DNA of 64,000 nucleotides, taken from assembly GCF_964204645.1 (NCBI RefSeq), contig NC_134028.1:17119653-17183652 (forward strand). Direction: 5' to 3'. The stretch is from Tubulanus polymorphus (Eukaryota; Animalia; Nemertea). Position 1 is the first letter of the stretch; each line of letters starts with the position of its first letter. Under the pieces are notes generated by a model. That model was not told the DNA's origin. It did not search any database and worked only from the letters and a program-made list of their open reading frames with translations. Positions 1-12,300 of this stretch are shown piece by piece. The position numbers and the translations under genes were made by a program.

Positions 1-3000
1 TTAGTTTTATCTCCAGCGACAATTCATTATTTTGGTTTTGTCACCCGAGACAATTCATCATTTTGGTTTTATCGCCCGCGACAATTCATTATTTTGGTTT
101 TGTCCACCGCAACAATTCACCATTTTGGTTTTGTCGCCCACGACAATTCATTATTTTGGTTTTATCGCCCGCGACAATTCACTATTTTGGTTTTGTCGCC
201 CGCGACAATTCATTAGTTTGGTTTTGTCGCTGGCGACAATTCATTATTTTGGTTTTGTCGCCCGCGAAAATTCAATATTTTGGTTTTATCGCCCACGACA
301 ATTCACTACTTTGGTTTTATCGCCAGCGACAATTCATTATTTTGGTTTTGTCGACCGCGACAATTCTTCTTTTTGCTTTTGTCGCCCGCGACAATTCACC
401 ATTTTGGTTTTGTCGCCCGCGACAATTCACCGTTTTGGTTTTGTCACCCGCGACAATTCAATATTTTGGTTTTGTCGCCCGCGACAATTCAATATTTTGG
501 TTTTATCGACCGCGACAATTCATTATTTCGGTTTTATCCCCCGCGACAATTCATTATTTTGGTTTTGTCGCCCCGACAATTCTTTTTTTTGGTTTTGTCG
601 CCGGCGACAATTCATTAGTCTGGTTTTGTCGCCCGCGACAATTCAATATTTTGGTTTTATCGCCCGCGACAATTCATTATTTTGGTTTTGTCGCACGCGA
701 CAATAGCGACAATTCAATAGTTTGGTTTTATCGCCCGCGACAATTCAATATTTTGGTTTTGTCGCCCGCGACAATTCAATATTTTGGTTTTATCGACTGC
801 GACAATTCATTATTTTGGTTTTATCGCCCGCGACAATTCATTATTATGGTTTTGTCGCCCCGACAATTCTTTTTTTTGGTTTTGTCGACGGCGACAATTC
901 ATTAGTCTGGTTTTGTCGCCCGCGAAAATTCAATATTTTGGTTTTATCGCCCACGACAATTCACTACTTTGGTTTTATCGCCAGCGACAATTCATTATTT
1001 TGGTTTTGTCGCCCCGACAATTCTTTTTTTTGGTTTTGTCGCCGGCGACAATTCATTAGTCTGGTTTTGTCGCCCGCGACAATTCATTATTTTGGTTTTA
1101 TCGCCCGCGACAATTCATTATTTTGGTTTTGTCGCCCCGACAATTCTTTTTTTTGGTTTTGTCGCCGGCGACAATTCATTAGTCTGGTTTTGTCGCCCAC
1201 GACAATTCAATATTTTGGTTTTATCGCCCGCGACAATTTTTTTCTCTTTTTGTCGCGGTTTTATCGCCTGCGACACTTCAATATTTTGGTTTTATCGCCC
1301 GCAACAATTCATTATTTTGGTTTTATCGCCCGCGACAATTCATTATTTTGGTTTTGTCACCCGAGACAATTCATCATTTTGGTTTTATCGTCCGCGACAA
1401 TTCATTATTTTGGTTTTGTCCCCCGTGACAATTCACCATTTTGGTTTTGTCGCCTGGACAATTCACCATTTTGGTTTTGTCGCCCGCGACGATTCATTAT
1501 TTTGGTTTTGTCGCCCCCACAATTCTTTTTTTGGTTTTGTCGCCCGCGACAATTCATTAGTTTGGTTTTGTCGCTTGCGACAATTCATTATTTTGGTTTT
1601 GTCGCCCGCGAAAATTCAATATTTTGGTTTTATCGACCACGACAATTCACTACTTTGGTTTTATCGCCAGCGACAATTCATTATTTTGGTTTTGTCGACC
1701 GCGACAATTCATTATTTTGGTTTTATCGTCCGCGACAATTCATTTTTTGGATTTGTCGCCCACGACAATTCAATATTTTGGTTTTATGGCCTGCGACAAT
1801 TCATTATTTTATCAATTCATTTTTTGGATTTGTCGCCCACGACAATTCAATATTTTGGTTTTATCGCCCGCGACAATTCATTATTTTGGTTTTATCGCCC
1901 GCGACAATTCATTATTTTGGTTTTGTCGCACACGACAATGGCGACAATTCAAGATTTTGGTTTTATCGCCCACGACAATTCAATATTTCGGTTTTATCGC
2001 CCGCGACAATTCATTATTTTGGTTTTATCGCCCGCGACAATTTTTTTCTCTTTTTGTCGCGGTTTTATCGCCTGCGACACTTCAATATTTTGGTTTTATC
2101 GCCCGCAACAATTCATTATTTTGGTTTTGTATTTTGTTTTTGTCGCCCGCGACAATTTTTTTAATGGTTTTGTCGCCCGCGACAATTCAATATTTTGGTT
2201 TTATCGCCCGCGAAAATTCATTATTTTGGTTTTGTCGCCCGCGACAATTCACCATTTTGGTTTTGTCACCCACTACAATTCATTATTTTGGTTTTATCGC
2301 CGCGACAATTCATTATTTTAGTTTTATCGCCCGCGACAATTCATTATTTTGGTTTTGTCGCACCGACAATTCTTTTTTTGGTTTTGTCGCCCGCGACAAT
2401 TCATTAATTTGGTTTTGTCGCCCGCGTTAATTCAATAGTCTGGTTTTGTCGCCCGCGACAATTCAATATTTTGGTTTTGTCGCCCGCGACAATTCAATAT
2501 TTTGGTTTTATCGCCCGCGACAATTCATTACTTTAGTTTTATCTCCAGCGACAATTCATTATTTTGGTTTTGTCGCCCGCGACAATTTTTTTTTGGTTTT
2601 GTCGCCCACGACAATTCAATATTTTGGTTTTATCGCCCGCGATAACTCATTATTTTGGTTTTATCGCCCGCGACAATTCATTATTTTGGTTTTATCGCCC
2701 GCGACAATTCAATATTTTGGTTTTGTCACCCGAGACAATTCATCATTTTGGTTTTATCGCCCGCGACAATTCATTATTTTGGTTTTATCGCCCGCGACAA
2801 TTCATTATTTTGGTTTTGTCGCCCCGACAATTCTTTTTTTTGGTTTTGTCGCCGGCGACAATTCATTAGTCTGGTTTTGTCGCCCGCGACAATTCAATAT
2901 TTTGGTTTTATCGCCCGCGACAATTCATTATTTTGGTTTTGTCGCACGCGACAATAGCGACAATTCAATATTTTGGTTTTATCGCCCGCGACAATTCAAT

Positions 3001-3856
3001 ATTTTGGTTTTATCGCCCGCGACAATTCATTATTTTGGTTTTATCGCCCGCGACAATTCATTATTTTGGTTTTGTCACCCGAGACAATTCATCATTTTGG
3101 TTTTGTCACCCGAGACAATTCATCATTTTGGTTTTATCGCCCGCGACAATTCCTTATTTTGGTTTTGTCCCCCGCGACAATTCACCATTTTGGTTTTGTC
3201 ACCTGGACAATTCACCATTTTGGTTTTGTCGCTGGCGACAATTCATTATTTTGGTTTTGTCGCCCGCGAAAATTCAATATTTTGGTTTTATCGCCCACGA
3301 CAATTCACTACTTTGGTTTTATCGCCAGCGACAATTCATTATTTTGGTTTTGTCAACCGCGACAATTCTTCTTTTTGCTTTTGTCGCCCGCGACAATTCA
3401 TTATTTGGGTTTTGTCGCCCGCGACAATTCACCATTTTGGTTTTGTCGCCCACGACAATTCATTATTTTTGTTTTGTCGCCCGCGACAATTCACCATTTT
3501 GGTTTTGTCGCCCGCGACAATTCACCGTTTTGGTTTTGTCACCCGCGACAATTCAATATTTTGGTTTTGTCGCCCGCGACAATTCAATATTTTGGTTTTA
3601 TCGACCGCGACAATTCATTATTTTGGTTTTATCGCCCGCGACAATTCACTATTTTGGTTTTGTCGCCCCGACAATTCTTTTTTTTGGTTTTGTCGCCGGC
3701 GACAATTCATTAGTCTGGTTTTGTCGCCCGCGACAATTCAATATTTTGGTTTTATCGCCCGCGACAATTCATTATTTTGGTTTTGTCGCACGCGACAATA
3801 GCGACAATTCAATATTTTGGTTTTATCGCCCGCGACAATTCATTATTTTGGTTTTG

Positions 3857-4330
3857 TCGCCCCGACAATTCTTTTTTTTGGTTTTGTCGCCGGCGACAAT
3901 TCATTAGTCTGGTTTTGTCGCCCGCGACAATTCAATATTTTGGTTTTATCACCCGCGACAATTTATTATTTTGGTTTTGTCGCCCCGACAATTCTTTTTT
4001 TTGGTTTTGTCGCCGGCGAAAATTCATTAGTCTGGTTTTGTCGCCCGCGACAATTCAATATTTTGGTTTTATTGCCCGCGACAATTCATTATTTTGGTTT
4101 TGTCGCCCCGACAATTCTTTTTTTTGGTTTTGTCGCCGGCGACAATTCATTAGTCTGGTTTTGTCGCCCGCGACAATTCATTATTTTGGTTTTATCGCCC
4201 GCGACAATTCATTATTTTTGTTTTGTCGCCCCGACAATTCTTTTTTTTGGTTTTGTCGCCGGCGACAATTCATTAGTCTGGTTTTGTCGCCCACGACAAT
4301 TCAATATTTTGGTTTTATCGCCCGCGACAA
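3857..4330. repeat. Local higher-order repeat: 4 copies of a 123-bp, 4-monomer unit (30+31+31+31)
   Basis: The marker monomer tcgccccgacaattcT8, followed by gccggcga..tagtctgg, starts at 3857, 3980, 4103 and 4226 (spacing 123). Confidence 0.9.
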
Positions 4331-5629
4331 TTTTTTTCTCTTTTTGTCGCGGTTTTATCGCCTGCGACACTTCAATATTTTGGTTTTATCGCCCGCAACA
4401 ATTCATTATTTTGGTTTTATCGCCCGCGACAATTCATTATTTTGGTTTTATCTCCAGCGACAATTCATTATTTTGGTTTTGTCGCACGCGACAATAGCGA
4501 CAATTCAATATTTTGGTTTTATCGCCCGCGACAATTCATTTTTTGGATTTGTCGCCCACGACAATTCAATATTTTGGTTTTATCGCCCGCGACAATTCAT
4601 TATTTTGGTTTTATCGCCCGCGACAATTCATTATTTTGGTTTTGTCACCCGAGACAATTCATCATTTTGGTTTTATCGCCCGCGACAATTCATTATTTTG
4701 GTTTTGTCCCCCGCGACAATTCACCATTTTGGTTTTGTCGCCTGGACAATTCACCATTTTGGTTTTGTCGCCCGCGACAATTCATTATTTTGGTTTTGTC
4801 GCCCCCACAATTCTTTTTTTGGTTTTGTCGCCCGCGACAATTCATTAGTTTGGTTTTGTCGCCGGCGACAATTCATTATTTTGGTTTTGTCGACCGCGAC
4901 AATTCTTCTTTTTGGTTTTGTCGCCCGCGACAATTCATTATTTTGGTTTTGTCGCCCGCGACAATTCACCATTTTGGTTTTGTCGCCCGCGACAATTCAC
5001 CATTTTGGTTTTGTCGCCCGCGACAATTCACCGTTTTGGTTTTGTCACCCGCGACAATTCATTATTTTGGTTTTATCGCCCGCGACAATTCATTATTTTG
5101 GTTTTGTCGCCCGCGACAATTCACCATTTTGGTTTTGTCGCCCGCGACAATTCACCGTTTTGGTTTTGTCACCCGCGACAATTCATTATTTTGGTTTTAT
5201 CGCCCGCGACAATTCATTATTTTGGTTTTATCGCCCGCGACAATTCATTATTTTGGTTTTGTCGCCCGCGACAATTCATTATTTTGGTTTTGTCGCCCCG
5301 ACAATTCTTTTTTTTGGTTTTGTCGCCGGCGACAATTCATTAGTCTGGTTTTGTCGCCCACGACAATTCAATATTTTGGTTTTATCGCCCGCGACAATTT
5401 TTTTCTCTTTTTGTCGCGGTTTTATCGCCTGCGACACTTCAATATTTTGGTTTTATCGCCCGCAACAATTCATTATTTTGGTTTTATCGCCCGCGACAAT
5501 TCATTATTTTGGTTTTATCGCCCGCGACAATTCATTATTTTGGTTTTGTCACCCGAGACAATTCATCATTTTGGTTTTATTGCCCGCGACAATTCATTAT
5601 TTTGGTTTTGTCCCCCGTGACAATTCACC

Positions 5630-8600
5630 ATTTTGGTTTTGTCGCCTGGACAATTCACCATTTTGGTTTTGTCGCCCGCGACGATTCATTATTTTGGTTT
5701 TGTCGCCCCCACAATTCTTTTTTTGGTTTTGTCGCCCGCGACAATTCATTAGTTTGGTTTTGTCGCTTGCGACAATTCATTACTTTGGTTTTGTCGCCCG
5801 CGAAAATTCAATATTTTGGTTTTATCGCCCACGAAAATTCACTACTTTGGTTTTATCGCCAGCGACAATTCATTATTTTGGTTTTGTCGACCGCGACAAT
5901 TCATTATTTTGGTTTTATCGCCCGCGACAATTCATTTTTTGGATTTGTCGCCCACGACAATTCAATATTTTGGTTTTATGGCCTGCGACAATTCATTATT
6001 TTATCAATTCATTTTTTGGATTTGTCGCCCACGACAATTCAATATTTTGGTTTTATCGCCCGCGACAATTCATTGTTTTGGTTTTATCGCCCGCGACAAT
6101 TCATTATTTTGGTTTTGTCGCACACGACAATGGCGACAATTCAATATTTTGGTTTTATCGCCCGCGACAATTCATTGTTTTGGTTTTATCGCCCGCGACA
6201 ATTCATTATTTTGGTTTTGTCGCACACGACAATGGCGACAATTCAAGATTTTGGTTTTATCGCCCACGACAATTCAATATTTTGGTTTTATCGCCCGCGA
6301 CAATTCATTATTTTGATTTTATCGCCCGCGACAATTCATTATTTTGGTTTTGTCGCCCCGACAATTCTTTTTTTTGGTTTTGTCGCCGGCGACAATTCAT
6401 TAGTCTGGTTTTGTCGCCCGCGACAATTCAATATTTTGGTTTTATCGCCCGCGACAATTCATTATTTTGGTTTCGTCGCACGCGACAATAGCGACAATTC
6501 AATATTTTGGTTTTATCGCCCGCGACAATTCATTTTTTGGATTTGTCGCCCACGACAATTCAATATTTTGGTTTTATCGCCCGCGACAATTCATTATTTT
6601 GGTTTTATCGCCCGCGACAATTTTTTTCTCTTTTTGTCGCGGTTTTATCGCCTGCGACACTTCAATATTTTGGTTTTATCGCCCGCAACAATTCATTATT
6701 TCGGTTTTATCGCCCGCGACAATTCATTATTTTGGTTTTGTCACCCGAGACAATTCATCATTTTGGTTTTATCGCCCGCGACAATTCATTATTTTGGTTT
6801 TGTCCCCCGTGACAATTCACCATTTTGGTTTTGTCGCCTGGACAATTCACCATTTTGGTTTTGTCGCCCGCGACGATTCATTATATTGGTTTTGTCGCCC
6901 CCACAATTCTTTTTTTGGTTTTGTCGCCCGCGACAATTCATTAGTTTGGTTTTGTCGCTTGCGACAATTCATTATTTTGGTTTTGTCGCCCGCGAAAATT
7001 CAATATTTTGGTTTTATCGCCCACGACAATTCACTACTTTGGTTTTATCGCCAGCGACAATTCATTATTTTGGTTTGGTCGACTGCGACAATTCATTATT
7101 TTGGTTTTATCGCCCGCGACAATTCATTTTTTGGATTTGTCGCCCACGACAATTCAATATTTTGGTTTTATGGCCTGCGACAATTCATTATTTTATCAAT
7201 TCATTTTTTGGATTTGTCGCCCATGACAATTCAATATTTTGGTTTTATCGCCCGCGACAATTCATTATTTTGGTTTTGTCGCACACGACAATGGCGACAA
7301 TTCAAGATTTTGGTTTTATCGCCCACGACAATTCAATATTTTGGTTTTATCGCCCGCGACAATTCATTATTTTGGTTTTATCGCCGCGACAATTTTTTTC
7401 TCTTTTTGTCGCGGTTTTATCGCCTGCGACACTTCAATATTTTGGTTTTATCGCCCGCAACAATTCATTATTTTGGTTTTGTATTTTGTTTTTGTCGTCC
7501 GCGACAATTTTTTTTAATGGTTTTGTCGCCCGCGACAATTCAATATTTTGGTTTTATCGCCCGCGACAATTCATTATTTTGGTTTTGTCGCCCGCGACAA
7601 TTCATTATTTTGGTTTTATCGCCGTGACAATTCATTATTTTAGTTTTATCGCCCGCGACAATTCATTATTTTGGTTTTGTCGCACCGACAATTCTTTTTT
7701 TGGTTTTGTCGCCCGCGACAATTCATTAATTTGGTTTTGTCGCCCGCGTTAATTCATTAGTCTGGTTTTGTCGCCCGCGACAAATCAATATTTTGGTTTT
7801 GTCGCCCGCGACAATTCAATATTTTGGTTTTATCGCCCGCGACAATTCATTACTTTAGTTTTATCTCCAGCGACAATTCATTATTTTGGTTTTGTCGCCC
7901 GGGACAATTCTTCTTTTTGGTTTTGTCCCCCGCAACAATTCATTATTTTGGTTTTATATTTTGTTTTAGTTGCCCGCGACAATTTTTTTTTTGGTTTTGT
8001 CGCCCACGACAATTCAATATTTTGGTTTTATCGCCCGCGATAATTCATTATTTTGGTTTTATCGCCCGCGACAATTCATTATTTTGGTTTTATCGCCCGC
8101 GACAATTCATTATTTTGGTTTTGTCACCCGAGACAATTCATCATTTTGGTTTTATCGCCCGCGACAATTCATTATTTTGGTTTTGTCGCCCGCGACAATT
8201 CACCATTTTGGTTTTGTCGCCCACGACAATTCATTATTTTGGTTTTGTCGCCAGCGACAATTCACCATTTTGGTTTTGTCGCCCGCGACAATTCACCGTT
8301 TTGGTTTTGTCACCCGCGACAATTCATTATTTTGGTTTTATCGCCCGCGACAATTCATTATTTTGGTTTTGTCGCCCCGACAATTCTTTTTTTTGGTTTT
8401 GTCGCCCGCGACAATTCATTATTTTAGTTTTATCGCCCGCGACAATTCAATATTTTGGTTTTATCACCCGCGACAATTCATTATTTTAGTTTTATCGCCC
8501 GCGACAATTCAATATTTTGGTTTTGTCGCCTGCGACAATTCAATATTTTGGTTTTATCGCCCGCGACAATTCATTACTTTAGTTTTATCTCCAGCGACAA

Positions 8601-8810
8601 TTCATTATTTTGGTTTTGTCGCCCGGGATAATTCTTGTTTTTGGTTTTGTCGCCCGCAACAATTCATTATTTTGGTTTTATCGCCCGCGATAATTCATTA
8701 TTTTGGTTTTATCGCCCGCGACAATTCATTTTTTGGATTTGTCGCCCACGACAATTCAATATTTTGGTTTTATCGCCCGCGACAATTCATTATTTTGGTT
8801 TTATCGCCCG
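5630..8810. repeat. About 3.2-kb block re-copied non-adjacently at about 13230-16310 (offset 7597, then 7504 after a 3-monomer indel)
   Basis: Matching ORF pairs 5816/13413, 6467/14064, 7008/14605, 7239/14836 and 7768/15365 (all +7597), and 7970/15474, 8053/15557, 8635/16139 (+7504; the difference is 93 = 3x31). Shared rare variants include ttatattgg, gactgcgac, gtcgtccgcg and gacaaatc. Confidence 0.88.
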
Positions 8811-9377
8811 CGACAATTCATTATTTTGGTTTTGTCACCCGAGACAATTCATCATTTTGGTTTTATCGCCCGCGACAATTCATTATTTTGGTTTTGTCCC
8901 CCGCGACAATTCACCATTTTGGTTTTGTCGCCTGGACAATTCACCATTTTGGTTTTGTCGCCCGCGACAATTCATTATTTTGGTTTTGTCGCCCCCACAA
9001 TTCTTTTTTTGGTTTTGTCGCCCGCGACAATTCATTAGTTTGGTTTTGTCGCCGGCGACAATTCATTATTTTGGTTTTGTCGACCGCGACAATTCTTCTT
9101 TTTGGTTTTGTCGCCCGCGACAATTCATTATTTTGGTTTTGTCGCCCGCGACAATTCACCATTTTGGTTTTGTCGCCCGCGACAATTCACCATTTTGGTT
9201 TTGTCGCCCGCGACAATTCACCGTTTTGGTTTTGTCACCCGCGACAATTCATTATTTTGGTTTTATCGCCCGCGACAATTCATTATTTTGGTTTTGTCGC
9301 CCGCGACAATTCACCATTTTGGTTTTGTCGCCCGCGACAATTCACCGTTTTGGTTTTGTCACCCGCGACAATTCATT

Positions 9378-12300
9378 ATTTTGGTTTTATCGCCCGCGAC
9401 AATTCATTATTTTGGTTTTATCGCCCGCGACAATTCATTATTTTGGTTTTGTCGCCCGCGACAATTCATTATTTTGGTTTTGTCGCCCCGACAATTCTTT
9501 TTTTTGGTTTTGTCGCCGGCGACAATTCATTAGTCTGGTTTTGTCGCCCACGACAATTCAATATTTTGGTTTTATCGCCCGCGACAATTCATTATTTTGG
9601 TTTTATCGCCCGCGACAATTTTTTTCTCTTTTTGTCGCGGTTTTATCGCCTGCGACACTTCAATATTTTGGTTTTATCGCCCGCAACAATTCATTATTTT
9701 GGTTTTATCGCCCGCGACAATTCATTATTTTGGTTTTATCGCCCGCGACAATTCATTATTTTGGTTTTGTCACCCGAGACAATTCATCATTTTGGTTTTA
9801 TCGCCCGCGACAATTCATTATTTTGGTTTTGTCCCCCGTGACAATTCACCATTTTGGTTTTGTCGCCTGGACAATTCACCATTTTGGTTTTGTCGCCCGC
9901 GACGATTCATTATTTTGGTTTTGTCGCCCCCACAATTCTTTTTTTGGTTTTGTCGCCCGCGACAATTCATTAGTTTGGTTTTGTCGCCGGCGACAATTCA
10001 TTATTTTGGTTTTGTCCCCCGTGACAATTCACCATTTTGGTTTTGTCGCCCGCGACAATTCACCGTTTTGGTTTTGTCACCCGCGACAATTCATTATTTT
10101 GGTTTTATCGCCCGCGACAATTCATTATTTTGGTTTTGTCGCCCCGACAATTCTTTTTTTTGGTTTTGTCGCCCGCGACAATTCATTATTTTAGTTTTAT
10201 CGCCCGCGACAATTCAATATTTTGGTTTTGTCGCCAGCGACAATTCACCATTTTGGTTTTGTCGCGCGCGACAATTCACCGTTTTGGTTTTGTCACCCGC
10301 GACAATTCATTATTTTTTTTTTATCGCCCGCGACAATTCATTATTTTGGTTTTGTCGCCCGGGATAATTCTTGTTTTTGGTTTTGTCGCCCGCAACAATT
10401 CATTATTTTGGTTTTATCGCCCGCGATAATTCATTATTTTGGTTTTATCGCCCGCGACAATTCATTTTTTGGATTTGTCGCCCACGACAATTCAATATTT
10501 TGGTTTTATCGCCCGCGACAATTCATTATTTTGGTTTTATCGCCCGCGACAATTCATTATTTTGGTTTTGTCACCCGAGACAATTCATCATTTTGGTTTT
10601 ATCGCCCGCGACAATTCATTATTTTGGTTTTGTCCCCCGCGACAATTCACCATTTTGGTTTTGTCGCCTGGACAATTCACCATTTTGGTTTTGTCGCCCG
10701 CGACGATTCATTATTTTGGTTTTGTCGCCCCCACAATTCTTTTTTTGGTTTTGTCGCCCGCGACAATTCATTAGTTTGGTTTTGTCGCCGGCGACAATTC
10801 ATTATTTTGGTTTTGTCGACCGCGACAATTCACCATTTTGGTTTTGTCGCCTGGACAATTCACCATTTTGGTTTTGTCGCCCGCGACGATTCATTATTTT
10901 GGTTTTGTCGCCCCCACAATTCTTTTTTTGGTTTTGTCGCCCGCGACAATTCATTAGTTTGGTTTTGTCGCTTGCGACAATTCATTACTTTGGTTTTGTC
11001 GCCCGCGAAAATTCAATATTTTGGTTTTATCGCCCACGAAAATTCACTACTTTGGTTTTATCGCCAGCGACAATTCATTATTTTGGTTTTGTCGACCGCG
11101 ACAATTCATTATTTTGGTTTTATCGCCCGCGACAATTCATTTTTTGGATTTGTCGCCCACGACAATTCAATATTTTGGTTTTATGGCCTGCGACAATTCA
11201 TTATTTTATCAATTCATTTTTTGGATTTGTCGCCCACGACAATTCAATATTTTGGTTTTATCGCCCGCGACAATTCATTGTTTTGGTTTTATCGCCCGCG
11301 ACAATTCATTATTTTGGTTTTGTCGCACACGACAATGGCGACAATTCAATATTTTGGTTTTATCGCCCGCGACAATTCATTGTTTTGGTTTTATCGCCCG
11401 CGACAATTCATTATTTTGGTTTTGTCGCACACGACAATGGCGACAATTCAAGATTTTGGTTTTATCGCCCACGACAATTCAATATTTTGGTTTTATCGCC
11501 CGCGACAATTCATTATTTTGATTTTATCGCCCGCGACAATTCATTATTTTGGTTTTGTCGCCCCGACAATTCTTTTTTTTGGTTTTGTCGCCGGCGACAA
11601 TTCATTAGTCTGGTTTTGTCGCCCGCGACAATTCAATATTTTGGTTTTATCGCCCGCGACAATTCATTATTTTGGTTTTGTCGCACGCGACAATAGCGAC
11701 AATTCAATATTTTGGTTTTATCGCCCGCGACAATTCATTTTTTGGATTTGTCGCCCACGACAATTCAATATTTTGGTTTTATCGCCCGCGACAATTCATT
11801 ATTTTGGTTTTATCGCCCGCGACAATTCATTATTTTGGTTTTGTCGCCCGCGACAATTCATTATTTTGGTTTTGTCGCCCCGACAATTCTTTTTTTTGGT
11901 TTTGTCGCCGGCGACAATTCATTAGTCTGGTTTTGTCGCCCACGACAATTCAATATTTTGGTTTTATCGCCCGCGACAATTCATTATTTTGGTTTTATCG
12001 CCCGCGACAATTTTTTTCTCTTTTTGTCGCGGTTTTATCGCCTGCGACACTTCAATATTTTGGTTTTATCGCCCGCAACAATTCATTATTTTGGTTTTAT
12101 CGCCCGCGACAATTCATTATTTTGGTTTTATCGCCCGCGACAATTCATTATTTTGGTTTTGTCACCCGAGACAATTCATCATTTTGGTTTTATCGCCCGC
12201 GACAATTCATTATTTTGGTTTTGTCCCCCGTGACAATTCACCATTTTGGTTTTGTCGCCTGGACAATTCACCATTTTGGTTTTGTCGCCCGCGACGATTC

